Source: Catajapyx aquilonaris (Eukaryota). Taken from it: a DNA stretch of 64,000 bases. The stretch is from assembly GCA_000934665.2 (NCBI GenBank), contig KZ538227.1:1-64000 (forward strand), written 5' to 3'. The notes beneath the pieces are model-generated. The model was not told the DNA's origin, ran no database searches, and saw only the letters and a list, made by a program, of their open reading frames with translations. A program made the position numbers and the translations under genes. Of the stretch, positions 61,201 to 64,000 are shown one piece after another (within the stretch, counting starts at the first letter, position 1; every line of letters starts with the position of its first letter).

Positions 61201-63923
61201 CTTGCATTAGACTATTAGAGGTTCGCAATGTCTGCATATAGCTATATTGCAATGTGGTCCTCCAGCTTGCACTCAAATTGCGGCTGTTGACAAACTCTCC
61301 TTTCAGTTTCACTATTGCAAGTACTCCGTAGGCTAATCAAAGCTGTGGTGCAACGTGCATTCAGTAAAGCAACACTACTTCATGTTTCAGCTATATAATT
61401 ACGCAATTCGAGAGGCTCTTGTCAACACCATCTATATGTAAGAAGCTGTTTACGTGTTTTCCTTACTTGTTGATGCCCATATAATCAGCATGAGGTATAA
61501 TTTCGCAATGCATGTAGTTTATTACTCGTCAGGTACCAGCAACAGCATTTCAAAACCACACCATCAATGCTAACGAAAAACATGTTATTTTTAGCTACAA
61601 TCAGCTATATTTCCCCCGCAATTTCTCGGCATGCTGTCAACAGCACAATAATGTACACTGCATTACTCAATAAGCCACCCAAATTGCTTAGTTTCTAACG
61701 ACTCTCAGAATTCTAGTCTGTTTACATCTGAAATTCCCTCATGGGAGCAACTTTTCCTCGATGAAATTGCAGCTATTGACATCTCCATTGCATTTATCGT
61801 TATGGAGGTATTCAGCAAGCTTAATGATCAACAGGTACAATCATGGATCATTGTCAAAAAAAAGACTTGTATTTGCCGTATCGCGTGTAATGAATTCGCT
61901 TCATTGGCCATTGGGGCTGGTAGTCTATAATTTTCATCCGAATTACTTGGGTCCCACTTGCCATAAACATGGACCCATAGCAACAGCCTGATTCTCTCTC
62001 AGGCGTGATAAAATCATCTGTCTCCAGACCACCTTCCAACTTATTCAACCCACTCGTCATCAATCAAGTCCTAATTGCTATTCAGGGAACCTGCTTTGTA
62101 GGCTTCCAATGTCACAAGAAGCCGAATGGAGCGGCGTATCGTCCTGATTAACTTATCTGTTGGCAAATGTACTTATGTGAAATTTACAAAGAAAAAAAAT
62201 AGCAATAAGACGAAAGAGGAGTGACATTGTGGTGGCAAGAGTGGAAGCCTGGATGCTTTATCAGCGTCGGATTTGTGCGAATGTCAGCGAGGGATCTGGT
62301 GGTTTAAGATGATATCAAGTCTCAGGAGTGTCACGCTACAAAGAAAACTTATTTTGGCGAGCGTGTTCCTCGTGAATGTAGGCCGGTGGAGTGTTTGAGG
62401 AAGTTGCAAAGCGAGAAGGTTTCTTGCTCGTATATGGAAATGCCTGATAGATCAGATCAGACATTTATATCCCCTCTGGTTAGAGCGGATTCTTTTACTA
62501 ATTATTTTGCCATTTAGTGATATCGTGCAATCCCATTTGTAATAAATCAGCATTAGAGCGTACAGTACAATGTCCGAAAGTATATACGCTCACTTCTTGC
62601 GCATGAAGCATACCGTCAGCCCAATGTTTGCCACAAAGTGAATTTGAAGTTTTGAAAATTATCGAAATTGATGCACCTCATTCATGTTTCAGAAATGAAA
62701 TAATTGCTCCTCTTTGTTGCTTTTATACTCCTATCACGACTCTCATTATTACAGAAGTGACATGCTTCTGTGCCAGTTTAAAGCAACGTCCCTCACTGTG
62801 TACATCTCATTAAGTGTTTCAAAACACTGGCCTCTACATTTTTGTAAATGTCCGGCAATACGCGTCAGTCACAACGCTCTCTAAACAAAGAGGCGCGCTG
62901 GAGTTTTCGCTACCCTGGTTTGCTGAAGGAAAATGAAGCCAGCTAAATGGCAGTGAAAGAGGAAATTAGCCAACTAATGCGGAGTGTAGTCCCAGATTTT
63001 AAAAGTGTTTGCCCGGCATTTCCATTACAGCTGGCGAAAAATTCCGAGAGAAAAAGGGAGCGACGGAGCTATAGTGCAGCTGGGGATGGAACACCGAATG
63101 CGTATACTCACATGCAGGTCCCTCCGTTCTTGCACTTGGTGATGTTTTTCTCCGGATTACAACTCGGCCCGTATTGGCACTTCTCACCCAAAAAGTTCTC
63201 CAGGCAGGAACATTCGTAACGCCTGTGAGTGAACAAGTTACTGGGTTCATCACTCTACGTCCAGGATTGGAAGAGAGAGAAAAACTTGATGCAAATGCAC
63301 TGTAATATCAGTTTCCGATATGGACATCAATCACGCTCTCTGTAACAACGGTACCAAATTTTTTAAAATCATTTTGCACCACCTGTTTCAAAATTGATCC
63401 TAGTCCCAGAAATTGCACAGATTGTGAGTCCATGTTTTGTAATAACATTTACATATAATTAAAAGCGATCTGTTGAAGATACTGTAGAATTGGTTTTAAT
63501 AGTCCCAAGAGAAATGCGAGTATACTGATCGTATGATCCCATAATGTTATGCTTTCAATTCTACAACATGCGTTGTACACTATACAGAAACTGATATTGA
63601 TGCAGCATCGCAAAGGAGACAAATACTCACGAGAAATCTGAGCTGGCAAAGCAGTGTCCAGCTGCGGAGCATCCGATAACGCTGCAGTTGGTCAGACTGT
63701 GATGGTGGTAAGTGTCCACATCGACTATCTGGTAGGTGATGTTGAATCCGTACACGTCCAGGAAGGAATATGAGGAGCGGAAGTGGTTCTCCAGGCCCCT
63801 CGCTTCGAACTTCAGAAGCATATATGGATTCGGGGATGCCATATAGGCCAGTATGTTGTACTGCTCCGGTATCTTCAACTCCTTCTCTCCCATTCCGGTG
63901 TGATAATCCGCCCATTCCTTCAT
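33683..63923 (-). CDS. Adhesion GPCR (CUB-EGF-EGF-SEA-Ig-Ig-HormR-GAIN/GPS-7TM), 5'-partial, ~1436 aa visible
   Basis: 21 phase-consistent exons (5'->3'): 63923-63631, 63222-63112, 52191-52106, 49844-49779, 49565-49417, 43720-43656, 43593-43437, 40435-40299, 38785-38581, 38011-37853, 37285-36995, 36852-36604, 36543-36377, 36322-36176, 36079-35782, 35716-35504, 35446-35061, 35003-34874, 34811-34688, 34616-34327, 34270-33683 (4311 nt). Motifs recognised: EGF Cys spacing, Ig C...W...C, HormR (W..T......CP....G..SR.C.....W..PD.S.C), GPS C-W-C-CxC and seven hydrophobic helices. The signal peptide lies outside the window. Confidence 0.9.
34327..34616 (-). CDS. aGPCR exon: cytoplasmic tail
   Basis: ORF 34294-34683; TTCCACAG acceptor, GAA|GTAAGT donor. 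Confidence 0.85.
34688..34811 (-). CDS. aGPCR exon: end of TM7 and start of C-tail
   Basis: GVITLLLYTVKSE...; CTCTCAG acceptor, T|GTGAGT donor. Confidence 0.88.
34874..35003 (-). CDS. aGPCR exon: TM6 and start of TM7
   Basis: VGLVRRSAAIFTCCLIMTASSILYVNIPSEKSQYLFCISCALL; CTT|GTGAGT donor. Confidence 0.9.
35061..35446 (-). CDS. aGPCR exon: TM3-TM5
   Basis: Part of ORF 35027-35695; TTTTCCCCACAG acceptor, AG|GTTAGA donor. Confidence 0.9.
35504..35716 (-). CDS. aGPCR exon: TM1-TM2
   Basis: VVLIGCMSCLLMTLLVVAVLL and LKIQFCFSIIGSMTLFLCA hydrophobic helices. Confidence 0.9.
35782..36079 (-). CDS. aGPCR exon: GAIN B plus GPS (VNSHVVS...LTLKH...C...W...C...TRCNCQGPGTYALL)
   Basis: ORF 35734-36072; GPS cysteine/tryptophan pattern. 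Confidence 0.92.
36176..36322 (-). CDS. aGPCR exon: GAIN subdomain B (YVIVVYRSLHEMMP)
   Basis: TTTTCCAG acceptor, GG|GTGCGT donor; resembles the GAIN VxxxYxxLxxxL motif. Confidence 0.88.
36377..36543 (-). CDS. aGPCR exon: GAIN
   Basis: TTTCGACAG acceptor, AT|GTAAGT donor. Confidence 0.85.
36604..36852 (-). CDS. aGPCR exon: GAIN subdomain A helices
   Basis: Part of ORF 36373-36888; TTGCAG acceptor, GAG|GTAAAG donor. Confidence 0.88.
36995..37285 (-). CDS. aGPCR exon: end of Ig2 plus hormone-receptor (HormR) domain
   Basis: GSANYTC...WNITWPMTAVNQLARIHCPEPYKGIASRKC...WDVPDLSDC; GAT|GTAAGT donor. Confidence 0.93.
37853..38011 (-). CDS. aGPCR exon: Ig domain 2 (VNVTC...YTWKK...GSILKIINAQ), ending at a GC donor
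   Basis: ORF 37799-38074; donor CAG|GCGAGT. Confidence 0.9.
38175..38282. mobile_element. Short foldback/MITE-like element in an aGPCR intron
   Basis: GGAATTTTCTTCCCACTGCTA ... TAGCAGTGGGACGAAAATTCC inverted repeat, TA at both ends, and a nested ACTGCTAACTTAG/CTAAGTTAGCAGT pair. Confidence 0.6.
38581..38785 (-). CDS. aGPCR exon: Ig domain 1 C-half (DQGVFVCQV)
   Basis: ORF 38560-38814; DxGxFxC motif; AAG|GTAAGG donor. Confidence 0.93.
40299..40435 (-). CDS. aGPCR exon: Ig domain 1 N-half (GEEFSLTCVATGSDYIQFRWFKDGKPI)
   Basis: I-set Ig motif LTC...WFKDG; AG|GTAAGA donor. Confidence 0.93.
43437..43593 (-). CDS. aGPCR exon: SEA-like C-half (EGSEVMYHFF...QLGNFTL)
   Basis: ORF 43422-43619; GAG|GTGAGG donor. 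Confidence 0.85.
43656..43720 (-). CDS. aGPCR exon: SEA-like (LKEYYRSYEVDVIDHFAILSVR)
   Basis: TATTGCAG acceptor, CAG|GTAGGT donor. Confidence 0.8.
49254..49373. repeat. 41-bp inverted repeat (hairpin/MITE remnant) with a 16-bp palindrome in each arm
   Basis: CTCCTGAGACCCCTGGTACAGTATACTGTACCTTTGTTTTT ... AAAAACAAAGGTACAGTATACTGTACTCCGGGTCTCAGGAG (3 mismatches). Confidence 0.75.
49417..49565 (-). CDS. aGPCR exon: start of SEA-like domain with Pro-rich insert
   Basis: TTTTTGTTTTTCAG acceptor, AAG|GTATTG donor; phase 1->0 bridges the flanking exons. Confidence 0.8.
49779..49844 (-). CDS. aGPCR small symmetric Cys exon (CPRKTLESTGPPCNCRHSAAL)
   Basis: TCTTTGCAG acceptor, TAG|GTATGC donor, phase 1-1, 66 nt. 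Confidence 0.6.
   Translation of the reverse strand, partial: LVLARLWSRLGHPATAAILQL
52106..52191 (-). CDS. aGPCR exon: EGF2 C-half (LRCSCPPGYKGPTCE)
   Basis: EGF signature CxCxxGYxGxxC; AAG|GTGAGC donor. Confidence 0.92.
63112..63222 (-). CDS. aGPCR exon: EGF1 end / EGF2 start (RYECSCLENFLGEKCQYGPSCNPEKNITKCKNGGTC)
   Basis: CACTCACAG acceptor, AT|GTGAGT donor; EGF Cys pattern. Confidence 0.92.
63631..63923 (-). CDS. aGPCR exon: CUB-like C-half (YMLLKFEA...YGFNITY) plus start of EGF-like 1
   Basis: ORF 63627-63938; TTTCAG acceptor, TC|GTGAGT donor; GFNITY is a CUB-terminal type motif. Confidence 0.85.
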
Positions 63924-64000
63924 CTGAAACATGTACAAAAAAAACCTATAGAAAATCTGGATAAGTCCTGTTTATGTCTTTTAATATTGTCACACTGATC

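Overview
This is eukaryotic, intron-rich genomic DNA, probably from an invertebrate (arthropod-like, many 54-100 nt introns). It has three small N gaps, each next to a G/C homopolymer. Two convergent protein-coding genes can be spliced by hand with consistent reading frames. (1) Plus strand, ~15.3-29.3 kb: a MyT1/NZF-family transcription factor with six CCHHC zinc fingers (2+4) and a C-terminal coiled coil, about 19 coding exons and ~1755 aa; the first two small exons are tentative. About 15 kb of apparently non-coding sequence lies upstream. (2) Minus strand, 33.7 kb to beyond 64 kb: a 5'-truncated adhesion GPCR, 21 exons and ~1436 aa visible, with an unusual CUB-EGF-EGF-(Cys)-SEA-Ig-Ig-HormR-GAIN/GPS-7TM layout. 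It has a non-canonical GPS (PG/T instead of HL/T), an apparently retained SEA G/S site, apparent loss of the TM3-ECL2 disulfide, a cytoplasmic YxxM motif and one GC-AG intron. Several MITE-like inverted repeats, a 33-bp tandem repeat and candidate alternative MyT1 exons were also seen. No rRNA, tRNA, CRISPR or prokaryotic systems were found. Domain calls are by-eye motif recognition; no searches were run.
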